A DNA stretch of 64,000 bases, taken from positions 62,001 to 126,000 of the forward strand of contig JBEUKZ010000107.1 of the NCBI GenBank assembly GCA_048128005.1, read 5' to 3'. A program made the translations under genes and the position numbers. Positions 37,301 through 48,812 of this stretch are shown here, piece after piece (within the stretch, counting starts at the first letter, position 1; every line of letters starts with the position of its first letter). The notes beneath the pieces are model-generated. The model was not told where the DNA came from, ran no database searches, and worked only from the letters and a program-made list of their open reading frames with translations. This DNA is from Veleropilina oligotropha (lineage: Eukaryota).

Positions 37301-40300
37301 ATTACGGTACATCGTGACACATTTTTAGAATAGCATGGTAACGCGACAGATGAAGACGACGTAACTATGGTGTTAGTACGAGCGAGCACGAAGTACGGAT
37401 ATAAACGCGTATACTAATTTTCGATGACGGTCATTTGACGGTACACATACGTACGACATTGGCACATAGTCAGGCATATTCATGAAAAAGTGTACGATTA
37501 TGCAGGATTGTGTTTGGGTGGCACCACGGGTTGATCGCACCGTAGCTGCGCCACGATCTTTGAACTTTTCAAAACATTCGTGGTCGTTCTGGAGTCTTTA
37601 TGGATAATATCGGAGGCCTCCACGACTTTGCGGAATCGTGATGAATCTTGACCATAATCGGGATGGTGTTTCTGGGGCTATGGATTCTTATCTAAACCTA
37701 AGGGAAACCGTATACAATAATAGGAAATCCCCTATATAGTCCAGTCAAATTAGGTGAAAAACATGCTCAACATCAAACTAATTGCAACATTTTTAAATTT
37801 CACGTTTTTATACAAAGCTATACCTTGTCGATAACATACTAAAACTATTAAGGCCAAGTCGCAGGGGAACATTGCTAAAATTGCTCATATCTGACACAGG
37901 AGGGGAACTAGGAAGTAGTGATCATGACTTGATTGAATTTCAGCTACACACAAAAACAACTATGAAAACAAGCAAACAAGAAATACCAGATTTTCGAAAA
38001 GCAGACTTTGACAAAATTAAGTCAGATTTCCGAAATATAAACTGGGGAGAATTTGAAAACCTAAATGCTAAAGAAGGTTGGGAAACTTTTCGAATTAACA
38101 TCGAAGAAATAATGAAAGTAAATGTTCCGCTAAAGTGTAGACGCAAACAGCATTCACCACCATGGCTAACCAGGAAAGTAAGAAAAATTATCAGAAGGAA
38201 ATATAAGCGTTGGAAACGATACAGGGAGTCACATGACACAGATGACCACCAAAAATATAAAGAATGTGAAAAAACGTGTAAAAAAGAAATCCGAGCAGCC
38301 AAGAAATGTTTTGAAGAAAATCTAGCAAAAAACATCAAAGAAAATCCAAAATCATTTTATGCTTATATTAGGTCAAAACAAAAAACAAAAGATGTCGTAG
38401 GTCCCCTGAAAGATGAAAAGGGAAATTCTATATCAGATGATTCACAAATCGCAGAATCCTTAAACAAATATTTTGCATCTGTCTATACGTTGGAGGATAC
38501 GGTAAACATGCCACCAGAAAAACATATCTTTCGAGAAAAGGAAAACTTTTGTGAAAGTATTGAGATTACGACTGAAATGGTTGAAAAAAAGATAAACTTA
38601 CTAAATGTCAGTAAAGCTCCAGGTCCGGACAATATATATCCCAAATTGCTGAAAGCCGGTAAGGAAGAATTAATAAAGCCATTAACCATGATATTCAATA
38701 AATCATTAAAAGAAGGAAGTTTGCCTGATGACTGGAAAATTGGTAATATTACCCCAATCTTTAAGAAGGGAAGTAGGTCAAACACCCAAAATTATCGACC
38801 TATTAGTCTGACATCAATAGTAGGCAAGATCATGGAATCTATCTTAAAGGATGCTATCTTACAACACATTAATAAATTTGACTTGCTAAACCTTAGTCAG
38901 CATGGGTTTATGGCGAAACGGTCTTGTTTAACCAACTTACTGGAATTTTTTGAAGATGTAACAGCCGCCATAGATACGGGCAAACCAGTTGATATAATAT
39001 ATCTTGATTTTCAAAAGGCATTCGACAAAGTACCACATAAACGGCTGATACAAAAATTAAGTAACCATGGTCTGAAAGGTCCAATATTAAACTGGATAAG
39101 GATGTGGCTAGAAAATAGAAAACAGAGGGTTGTAATAAATGGGATCAAGTCAAAGTGGGAGCCGGTACTAAGTGGAGTCCCACAAGGTTCTGTTTTGGGC
39201 CCATTGCTGTTTCTTATATATTTAAATGACATTGATGACGTCATTACGTCTCTTGTAAAAAAGTTTGCAGACGATACCAAATTGTACAGAATTGTTGAAA
39301 CTGAAGAAGATGCAAAAACACTTCAAAGTGATTTAAACAATCTGGTAAAATGGTCAGAGGATTGGCAAATGCTTTTTAACACCAGTAAATGTAAGGTATT
39401 GCATGCGGGTTATAACAACAAAAGTTTCAATTATAAAATGGGTTCAGATACCTTAGAAGTAGTAACAAAAGAGAAAGATTTGGGTGTATGGGTAGACAAT
39501 ACGTTTAAACCATCAAATCAATGTGCAGAATCAGCTAAAAAGGGAAATCAAATATTGGGAATGATAAAGAGAAACTTTAATTTTAAATCCAGAGGCATCA
39601 TAACACGCTTATACAAGCAAATGGTTAGACCGCATTTAGAATATGCAGTGCAAGCATGGAGCCCATATCTTGCAAAGGATATCAAAATTCTTGAACAAGT
39701 TCAAAGAAGAGCCACAAAATTGATAGGCGAATTGAGAGAATTACCTTATGAGGATAGACTAAGAGCACTTAACCTCACAACATTGTCTTTGAGAAGGACA
39801 CGGGGGGATATGATTCAGGTATTTAAAATGTTTACAGGAATTGACAATGTTGACAGTACTTTCTTTTTTCAGATGAACCAAAGACCGACCAGGGGCCATA
39901 AATACAAAGTTTACAAAAAAAGATTCCGACTCGACGTTAGGAAACACTTTTTCTCAAATCGGGTTGTCGATGAATGGAACAGTCTTCCTTGTAATGTAGT
40001 AGAATCAACATCTGTAAACCAATTTAAAAACCGCATAGATGATTATTTTAAGAAACAGGGCAGGCTATAGATGACCAGAAACGACAATGGGTTTTAATAT
40101 GAGTGGCAGTAATGCACTTCCTAAACCCAAACAAATTATATTTAAATTTATATTTAAACATGTATGTTACCATTTAAACATATTTTGAGAAAACAGAAAC
40201 AAAGCATTATCAATATTTTTAACACCAGCAATGTCATTACGATGCATAAACTAATCAATTGAACTCTTGTTGATATATTTATACCGCAAAAACATAATTA

Positions 40301-43300
40301 TATAATTACTAACGGATTCAGGGGGCAGGTGACCCGGACCCCCCCCCCCCCCCTTGAAATTCAGAGTTGAATTTTTTTGTTACATTGTTTGAAACCAGTT
40401 TTGGCAGATATCCAGTCATATCACACTCAAGATGACACGTTTAAGATAATAACCGAACAGGAAACATATATAGGATGTGCGAACCCCCCCCCCCCCCTAA
40501 AAACATTACTCATACAATTTGGTGGAAATGGGACAAAATATAGATTTTGTACTCTCAGAATGCAAGAGATGGGGGGGGGGGGGGGGTTCACACAAAACTT
40601 TAATTGTCGAAATTTTCTTCCGCGTGGGAGAGTAGGGAGAGTTGATAGTATATTAAACAAATTTGGACGCCCTAAAGAAAATCTGGATGCACCCCTAATT
40701 ATATCTACTATAAAATCTCCGAATATTTTCAATATGTGATGGATGAATTCTACTCGTCAACTTTCATCAATTTTCTTGTTTTCTTATACTAACTGCCCAT
40801 TGAATTTATTTATTTATTTAAAAGTTTTACAGCATTGCATGACTAAGCTATGAATAGCTTGTTTACAGCATGATGCTGGAGGCGGCAGAGTACAAAGATA
40901 CAAGTACTACAAAAAAGATCACAGATAGTATAGCACCACAATATAATTTAAAACACATACGGAGACATAGCACATAGATATACATACATAGCACATAGGT
41001 AGACAGGGTATCGTTAGATATAATCATTTTAGCATGAGCACGAGTGTTTGGCCCGTAGGTGGGATTTAAATGTAGACTTAAATGTGTGCAGGTTGGTGGA
41101 ATTTCTGATATCAGTCGGTATGCTATTCCATATAGAGGGGCCATACACGTAAAGGAGAACTGACTGGACGATCTTTGGGCACGAGTGATATGAAGATGGT
41201 GATTCCGACTAGAGCGTGTAAAGTAATTATGAACTTCCTGGATATAGTGCAAATGTTGAGTTAGATAGCGAGGGGATAAGTTATTGAGGCTCTTATATAT
41301 AAGTATTCCGAAATGGAGTTCAAATCTACCTGTCAGAGGCAGCCAGTTAAGTTTATCATATCTTAGACAGTGATGCTGACGGTAATTACATAATAATACA
41401 ATTGTCTCGCTAGACTGAAAAATATGGCATGCCCTTCATGTAATACTTGCGTAAGACTTAATTAAAGACCGGACTGCATTATAAAAGGCGAGAGAGGGTG
41501 ACTGGATCTTTTCTGATTTGGAAAGCAACCAGATCTCATTGATAATTTGTTTGACAATTGATTAAAACAACAATAGTCCAATAATGGGGGGTGTTTTGTG
41601 TTGTTAGTCTAAGAGTAATTATCACATTTAAGTATATATTTTCTTAGGGGATAGCGATAGCCCATGTAATTTACCTTTAACCCCAAACTGCCCATAGTAC
41701 AAGATTAAAGCATATTTAATACACAAGTCTTACATGAAGTTCTTTCCGTCATTATCGATTCATTAGTTCTTCATATTGGATAATTACAATAATGTTGATT
41801 GTATTTGTTTCACAAATTTCTCTTTCCGTATATTTTCTCTGCAAATGCCACTTTTAATCTACTTGTGTCACTTTTGTCGATTTAAGTATCTTTGTGCAAT
41901 TGTTATCCTCAGCATTCTATTTTTAAATCATTGTATTTTATTTAGTTCCTTAATACACATCATCTGGCGTGTATCTCTATATTTCTTCATTCACATTTAG
42001 TTCGGTGTCACCCAGACTCATGGTATTATAACATATAATGGCTCTGCAGGTTCAAGTCTTCACGAAGCACACCCCCATACAGAAACATTAGAATTTTCTC
42101 TCCAGCCATAACTGCAACAAGATCCTTTCAGTATTGATTAGGATAATCTTTTAAAGATTATTGACAGAATCAACGACACAAAGTTTTATCCGATTATGTA
42201 GTTTGAATCTAGAGGATGGAGAAACTGTTTCTGATAACACCAAAACACATGGCTGACTTGATTGCCCAATGACAGCTCGCTATAAACAAAGACTCCAATA
42301 TTATCACAGAGTCAGAGAGAGCAATAATTGAAGATCCGGCAGTGAAGGATGTGACTTCAGATCACTATCTTCTTGCTGTTCAACAATGTTGGACCCGAAG
42401 AGTATGGCTTCTGTTTTCTGATCGTTCAGCTTGAGCTTATTGGTTGCCATCCAGGCTTTAACTTCACCACATGGCCCATATCACACCTACATACTGGAAG
42501 TAGCTACATCAGCAGAAGTGACGGATTGTTTAAGGAATCAAAGAGTTGCGAGTTGTCAGCATAAAATTGGCGTTGAAGATTGTACTTTGCAACGAGGTTA
42601 CCGAGGGAGGTACTTGGTGTCGCGAGTGAAGAGAACGAGTCTTAGAACAAAGCCTTGCAGGACTCCGCAACCGACTGAGACCAGTTGCTCAGATATGAAT
42701 GAGACCATGTCCAAGCTAGTCCCCTGATTCCGAACTGATCGTTAAGGCATAGAAACAAGTTGACTTGATCGTTGGTATGAAACGCTGCGCCCAGGTCGAG
42801 CATCACAAGCAAGGACACTTCGCCGTTTTCGATACTACAGCGAATGGCGTTGGCGACTTGTAGAAGAGCTGTTTCATTGCTGTGGCTCTGTCGGTACGCT
42901 GGAAGGGATGTTCTGATAGGCGCTGACAAACTACCTTTTCGACTATCTTTGCATCACCTGCAGCGTGAAATTATGAACAGTCGTCGCTGAGCTTCTGGCA
43001 AAGCAGATTGAAAACGTGTTTGTTTGTTCTTTATGTTTCAATGTGGAGCAATCCCGTTCGTTTGTCGAATGTGCGTTACATCTTTTGTTGAAGGTCCTTG
43101 AGGTTAGCCATAAAACAGTGATGGCATCTCGATATTTAACACGTATTGGGGACCTGAATCTTTCCTTTCAACTTGCCCGCATTCACACATTATACCCCAA
43201 ATGGTGTCTGAAATTGCTGGGTTGCTTGCCTCTCTTGGAAGACTAGGTGCCTCAAAAAGTGATGATGGAAAAGTGCAGAATTCATATTTGAAGGTTGGGG

Positions 43301-46209
43301 GGGGGGGGGAGGCAGCATGGCCGAGTGGATACGGTACTGGTCTACTAAACGGGAGGTCACCGGTTCAAGCCTTGGGAGTGCCGGGGATTTTTCCTATGAT
43401 CACTGCCTTCATTGCACACAGCGCCAATTCATCTCATTCAAAGATGAATGACCTGATTTATAACTGAAGTACTGTCGGCGTTGTCGTTAAACATCAATTC
43501 ATCATTATCATCTTATTTGAACATTTCAGATGTGTCATCAAATTTACCATTGGCAGCAGTAGTTAGACGTTGGAAGAGTGGTTTTGGATCAATATGAATT
43601 GTTTCTCTATCAGTGTTTTGAGCTCATTGTGATGATCTGGTTTGTTTTCTTAAAATTGTACTACAGTAGAACATTACTGTTTTTCGGCCATGGATTCAAT
43701 GATATGTGCGCCAACATAGTGCGCTGTATCAGCATTCACACAATGATATCTGATTCAATGTTTCGTAGATAAGGGCCTTCAACAAATGGCTTTCTTCCAT
43801 AAAGAAATGATACAAATGTGGTAATGTCCTTTTTGTCACGTTCATTCCTGGTACTTGAAGACTCATTGTGTCGCTCGATAGAATGATATCTTGTAGTTGT
43901 TAATTCTTGGAGAATGCCGACACTAAGAGGGGCAATTGAGATCATTGCTTTTCATTCCTCGACCGCTCGTCAAGCCGCCTGACGTTTTTATTCCTCTCAT
44001 AAGAGTCGAACTTCTTAAGCACTTTATTACATGAAAGCCATGCCCAGCAGCGATCACTTTTCCTTTGAAAATGATGACCAGTTTTGAACCTGGCATATGC
44101 ATCTGGGTGTCCGGTGATCTTTTTTCCAGATCACGCATTTTGATAGATACACGTTTTCTGATTTTGCATATAAATTAGGCCAGCGGAAGCTAAATATATG
44201 GCAACAATGCATACAATTAATGGTTTGTAACTGCAGAGCCCAATTACCTGTCCTTTCTGCTTTTATGAAACGACGTAGAATGGATATTATTTCAGAATAC
44301 CGTATCAAAAGTTTTGCAGTGCGAGAGTGTTCAACAGTGTTCAAGCTCTTTCTCTTAGCATCTGTTGATCAAATGTTTTATGAACATTATTTTGTCATAT
44401 AGATTCCACAATAATTTCCGACTATATCAGTTGATTGTAATACTCATGTATATGTGCTCAATTTAATCTTATTGTTTAAATTCTTTAGAGCCTTAATTAA
44501 TTGCTGATTAGTATACTTTGCACAAAAAGCTTTATTTCAGACACTAGGGGACAGTAGCGTCTTCAAATTCATGTATCTGTTAACGCAAACTATTTATAAA
44601 ACTGAGAAACCTATTTATGTTGGATATTACGACCCAATATCAACAAAAGTCGTCACTTGCTTAAAATATACAATGGCCTCTATGGGCCTCCATACATAGA
44701 AACCACTCGCAATCAAATGTTCTTTTTCAACACTTTTTCTTTAATGTCGCTTCTACTTCATATTTTAATTTGCTAACCCTTTATATATGTTCTCTTGTGA
44801 AGCAAATATATATATATAAATATAAAGAGTATCGAAATATTAGCACATAAAAGTAAATTGTAAACATATAACGTGCAGCGTAGAAGCCGAAAAAATATTT
44901 GCGTCGTGAGTCAATGTTTCCTGGTACAATATACACATACATGTGTGCATCGCTAATCTAAAACACGTTTTTATGTTAAAAAAAGTCTATTCAAATACAT
45001 ACGTATCAATACAACGTGATATAAATATTTTATAGTGCATGGAAATATGACTTTAGCTAATCATCCACTGCATGAATTACCTCCCTATTCATGTATGGAA
45101 GTCGTCCACAAAATTACTTTTGATGTAAATAATTGAAACTTTGGTCGACAAATTACACATGTTCCCCAACCGATATTTCTTAATAGTTTTTATATGTTGT
45201 TTATGTAGTTATTATAAACTGTTTCGCACAAAGATGTTAATTTGCAAATTGACTGGACTATATAGTTTCCTTAGTAGTTACTACTAAGGCAACTAAGTTG
45301 GTAGTAATCTCACCATAGGTGGCTGGTTTCCCGCCAAAATATGTGTTCAGTTCCTCCATTGATCACGATTAAATTGTCGTAATATTTTTATTACCTGCGT
45401 CTAGCAGGGTCAATGAATGGTACATGTAAGTTGTTGTTGTTGTTCTTCTTGGGGGGAAGACAATTTTGAAATGATTTCAACCAGATCTTCCACCTTTTAG
45501 GCGACTTCGACAACAAGCCAATTTGAAAAAAGTGCATGACCACTTGATGTATGAATTGAGAGATGCTGCCTAACAGAATAGCAAATTACCATGACAGCCT
45601 CTTTGATGAATAAATATTAAATCATACAGAAACGTGGTCTGTATTATATGTATCACACATGTTTCACAGTAGTAAAAGAGGTATAACAGTTAAACATTTT
45701 ACATTTTAAGATTTTGCATACTTTATTAAATTATAATTAATCAACTTTATTATAGTAACTAAGTCTGTCAAAGGGGCGTAACTCTTGAAAACCAATTTGT
45801 GAATTCTATGAAATCATACAGAAACATGGTCTGTATTATATGTATCACACATGTTTCACAGTAGAAATTTTGCTTATGACGCAGGTTATTGCACACATTC
45901 TGTGCTTGTTGTGTTATCCCTGGCCATAACCGGGATAGCATAACTAGGGTGTATATTTTCTAGTCATACTATGTGTTTGCATATTAATGGATTAATTGCA
46001 TTTCAGTTATTACTCGTCCGGTCCTCCCCCATACTTACTACATGGAAAACTACAGAGAGCACCCGAACTCGCAGGACATGTCTCACATCCAGCCGTGCTG
46101 CGCACCCATTGTACTCGACGGGATGTCCATGCTGGTATATGGTGAAGACGGAAACGTGGTCAAAATGGACGTACCCAATATGCGAGTCAGCGAATGTGGA
46201 TGCGCGTAG
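30867..46209 (+). CDS. TGF-beta superfamily ligand, activin/inhibin-beta or myostatin(GDF8/11)-like, 424 aa, 3 exons
   Basis: Exons 30867-31386, 34969-35520 and 46007-46209, joined by two phase-1 GT-AG introns. Signal-like N-terminus, CSKC..RLEDIKKEILAKLKLSRPP latency motif, AELWLY and GWIKFD prodomain motifs, RKKR furin site, and a 113-aa mature domain with 9 Cys ending PCCAP...DVPNMRVSECGCA*. Confidence 0.93.
31400..31625 (-). mobile_element. SINE family B copy at the start of intron 1
   Basis: Reverse complement of the tail (GATGCTTAAT), core (TTACGGACAACTG) and head (GGTTCGAGC..CCAGTGA). Confidence 0.55.
34425..34645 (+). mobile_element. SINE family B copy
   Basis: AAATCACTGG..GGTTCGAACC..GAATCACAGTTG..GGTTTCCCCGGGCGACCGGGCTTTCCTCCCGCGATAATATGG. 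Confidence 0.7.
34969..35520 (+). CDS. TGF-beta gene exon 2 (prodomain, RKKR, first half of the mature peptide)
   Basis: ttttccAG acceptor, AACG/GTAAGT donor; CC..FYVDF..W.WI..P.GYYANYCIGNC. Confidence 0.93.
36575..37205 (-). mobile_element. SINE family B copy carrying an expanded 13-bp repeat
   Basis: Tail GATCGATGCTTAATGTCCTGTA on the left of the array and ATTTAC..CAGG..GTCCATATTATCGC..AGGAAAGCCCG on the right. Confidence 0.7.
36592..36982. repeat. 13-bp tandem repeat, ~30 copies
   Basis: (TGTCCTGTATTAT)n. Confidence 0.97.
37872..40070 (+). CDS. CR1-clade LINE ORF2 (end of endonuclease, reverse transcriptase, C-terminus), 5'-truncated
   Basis: SDH endonuclease end, KAPGPD, NYRPISLTS, QHGF, YLDFQKAFD, GVPQGSVLGP, FADD, EKDLG, RPHLEY, TRGH, FFSNRVVDEWNSLP; no stops in 732 aa. 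Confidence 0.93.
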   Translation: MLKLLISDTGGELGSSDHDLIEFQLHTKTTMKTSKQEIPDFRKADFDKIKSDFRNINWGEFENLNAKEGWETFRINIEEIMKVNVPLKCRRKQHSPPWLTRKVRKIIRRKYKRWKRYRESHDTDDHQKYKECEKTCKKEIRAAKKCFEENLAKNIKENPKSFYAYIRSKQKTKDVVGPLKDEKGNSISDDSQIAESLNKYFASVYTLEDTVNMPPEKHIFREKENFCESIEITTEMVEKKINLLNVSKAPGPDNIYPKLLKAGKEELIKPLTMIFNKSLKEGSLPDDWKIGNITPIFKKGSRSNTQNYRPISLTSIVGKIMESILKDAILQHINKFDLLNLSQHGFMAKRSCLTNLLEFFEDVTAAIDTGKPVDIIYLDFQKAFDKVPHKRLIQKLSNHGLKGPILNWIRMWLENRKQRVVINGIKSKWEPVLSGVPQGSVLGPLLFLIYLNDIDDVITSLVKKFADDTKLYRIVETEEDAKTLQSDLNNLVKWSEDWQMLFNTSKCKVLHAGYNNKSFNYKMGSDTLEVVTKEKDLGVWVDNTFKPSNQCAESAKKGNQILGMIKRNFNFKSRGIITRLYKQMVRPHLEYAVQAWSPYLAKDIKILEQVQRRATKLIGELRELPYEDRLRALNLTTLSLRRTRGDMIQVFKMFTGIDNVDSTFFFQMNQRPTRGHKYKVYKKRFRLDVRKHFFSNRVVDEWNSLPCNVVESTSVNQFKNRIDDYFKKQGRL
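37895..40157 (+). mobile_element. CR1 LINE insertion in TGF-beta intron 2, sense orientation
   Basis: ORF2 plus a short 3' UTR with a GGGTTT..AAACCC stem and terminal TTATATTTAAA repeats. Confidence 0.85.
40803..41400 (-). mobile_element. decayed L2/Crack-group LINE 3' end
   Basis: HNYFTRS..LHI.R..SF..WNSIP..IR..FK-type C-terminus across frameshifts; (TAAA)n tail. Confidence 0.55.
42340..43250 (-). mobile_element. decayed L2-clade reverse transcriptase fragment
   Basis: AYRQSHSNETALLQV..SLLVMLDLGAAF..L..FGIRG..W..SYLS matches the L2 HSTETALL...LLDLSAAFD motif. Confidence 0.65.
43293..43513 (+). mobile_element. tRNA-derived SINE family A, full copy
   Basis: GGCAGCATGGCCGAGTGG A box, GGTTCAAGCC B box, GTCGTTAAACATCAATTCATCAT tail; TSD TATTTGAA (43285-43292 and 43514-43521). 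Confidence 0.8.
43560..44400 (-). pseudogene. decayed remnant of an unclassified DNA-transposon-like ORF
   Basis: LRRFIKAERTGNWALQL...NLYAKS..YL and LMRGIKTSGGLTSGRGM, spread over several frames. Confidence 0.5.
46007..46209 (+). CDS. TGF-beta gene exon 3 (second half of the cystine knot)
   Basis: tttcAG acceptor; reads VITRPVLPHTYYMENYREHPNSQDMSHIQPCCAPIVLDGMSMLVYGEDGNVVKMDVPNMRVSECGCA*; this frame is not in the ORF track. Confidence 0.93.
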
Positions 46210-46909
46210 AGCAGCCGATTGGACAATAGTTATCAAACAAGACTCGAATCGATATCAATGCAATCTGAGTGTATTTTGTAAAAAAAACATTACGTTGTTG
46301 AGCTGTTGTTAGATTTTGTTCGTTAAATGCATTTTTGTGGATTTTACGATTGAAAGGCAGCTGTGACGATAGCACAGGAATCTAATTCCATTGGCGATAT
46401 CAATGCAATACCTGCTAGTCAATGCAAACCATTGTGTCTGATTCAATGATTTATGTTTTATAATATATACATTGTTGTAATAATTCTTGTTTGATGTACG
46501 TTATCGTTATATAGCAACATTAATACTTATTACAATTTGACCATGCCCCCATCCCACATACACATTCACTCTTACTAAAACGGTTCCCAAAACGTGAATG
46601 TTGTTATCTTTGAATTCCAAGGAAGCTATTTCATAAGCCATAAAAAAAAAAATTTTCAAACGCTTGAGACCCCAACTTCGCATGAAACCGCTGATAGCGA
46701 AACTGTCACTCAAAATAATAAATTTTCGATATAAGCATGTTATTGAACACCACTTACCTACATTCGTATCAGTTGTGATATTGAACTCGACTATGTCAAT
46801 ATATTAAAAAAGAAACTATGCAATGCTAAATTGTTTATAATTAATGACATACGTTCTTCACGCAAAGCAACGTAACGTTCAACGATTGTTTAATATGATT
46901 ACATCATTC

Positions 46910-47131
46910 CATCTCTGGTCAGGGAACCAGTGGCATCTAAACCTTGCATCTCTGGTCAGGGAACCAGTGGCATCTAAACCTTGCATCTCTGGTCAGGGAA
47001 CCAGTGGCATCTGAACCTTGCATCTCTGGTCAGGGAACCAGTGGCATCTGAACCTCGCATCTCTGGTCAGGGAACCAGTGGCATCTGAACCTTGCATCTC
47101 TGGTCAAGGAACCAGTGGCATCTGAACCTTG
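46910..47131. repeat. 37-bp minisatellite, 6 copies
   Basis: Unit CATCTCTGGTCAGGGAACCAGTGGCATCTGAACCTTG. Confidence 0.92.
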
Positions 47132-48142
47132 CGCTGCACCTGCATGGTGCGACTTTCGCGTTGTCCTCAAAATAAATGCGACAGTGTTTGGCGACATTTC
47201 AATATTTGGGGTAGAGTTTGGAGACCAATGAACGGGACAAAACAGGATTTTCCGATATGATTTGTCTTTAGAGCCATGCCCAAGCTCAATGAATAATCAC
47301 CTCTGTACTATCGGTATGATTCAGGATGACATTGGCCAATGCAATGTTGCTGCAAGTCTTGATATCCACCGAAACCTATTCAGATTCTGCGGAGGCGATT
47401 TCGACAGTTTGGTCATGCCAGACGCCGACTGATTATATATAGGTTGTCCACGACACGGGAGCAGAATCACTATCAAACAGCAAATTTCACTCCACTGTGG
47501 CATCGTAATGGTCGTGGGTGGCGGGATAGCAAACGAAAGAAAACACCTTGTGAGTATAAACGGAAATTTGAACGCAACGCTACAGTGATGAAACCGTCCA
47601 GGTTCATGTCAACAGTATCACGACACGTAACACTTCAACAAGAAACTACTGCGCGCGCACCGCACGAGAGGTGAGGGACTGTCTGGTGCTACATATTGAT
47701 GATATATAGGTCTACTGTCATTCCCGATCTTTCATGGATCGAGCACGTATTGGATGAAATGCAGCGCGGCTTATGTGGTAAACCGTTTCCAAATCAGATG
47801 TTAGTTCATGTCTGGTACCGCATCCGATTCGCATTTTTAACCATCTGGTAGTAGAGGCACGGTGCCAGGCAAATGTCGATTCAAACAGCGGATCCACACG
47901 ATATTGACTTTGTGAACTGAGTTTTGACTCCCATGTTATTCAATTCTCCCAGGCAATGAAATTACAAATGCTGGGACTTATAAACTTAGCAGAATAACTA
48001 ACGTCGCTATGTTGCGTTAACAGATTTGTATGTTGAAGTAATGTATTAGACGGCAATGTTTCATGGTATCTTTATGGACATCCTTGCACATATATACCTC
48101 TTAACAATTGTAGGCCTAATTCGTGATTTAGCCTAGGCCTAC

Positions 48143-48714
48143 TGTGACCGGGATACCGTACGTGAGGGACAACACAGAATGAGTGCTTAAAATGTTTAAT
48201 GTCGTCGGGGTAACATGAAGGCAGTGGTCTGAATCCCTCCGCAGTGATTGCACCTATGTTTCCAACATATTGTTCATTGCAGGATTCCCTGGTTGTTTCA
48301 GGTCTACACAAAACACATCTTGATAGCTCAAGAGCTCGCCAGAAAAGACATAATTTGCCTGCTGACGTGGCAAATTGAAAAATACACAAATAAAAACCAC
48401 TTTCTATAAAGCAACTCAACACAAGTTATTTTATACCTAAGTTGTAATTTAAGTAACCCTTATAAAAAAGACATATTTATAAGGAGACAAGGTGTCTCAT
48501 ATTACAACCTATCGGCTGACTCCGATATTGCTCGTCTTAGAGCCTGTGACAGCAGTCACCAATTCTCCTGCTCATAGTCGAGGTCTTGGCAACTTAATAT
48601 ATAACAGACTACTAGTACTGTTACATCATCATGGATAATAATAATAAAAACAAACGTATGCCAATTAATAAAGTAAATTAAACATAAAACAGTGTGGCAC
48701 ATCACTCTGTTACA
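48143..48714 (-). repeat. 3' LTR
   Basis: Direct repeat of 54112-54683; preceded on the minus strand by the PPT AGCAGGGAAGAT (48715-48726). Confidence 0.95.
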
Positions 48715-48812
48715 ATCTTCCCTGCTGGCCATTGTCGTCCTCGACAATTTACAACGTACAACAATTTGAGAGCCATGTTACCATAATTACTACCAAATAA
48801 ATCTACAAATCA

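Noticed and set aside
43308..43385. tRNA gene (also 1300-1375)
   Set aside because: A and B boxes are present but there is no proper acceptor stem; the sequence continues into a shared body and tail with TSDs, so it is a SINE head.
45971..46312. 113-aa ORF from the track
   Set aside because: Wrong frame; the real coding frame is TGF-beta exon 3 (46007-46209).
48072..48422. Duplicated ORF (also 54068-54391) as an env or accessory gene
   Set aside because: It lies within the LTRs, has a non-ATG start and no recognisable motifs, and is duplicated only because the LTR is.
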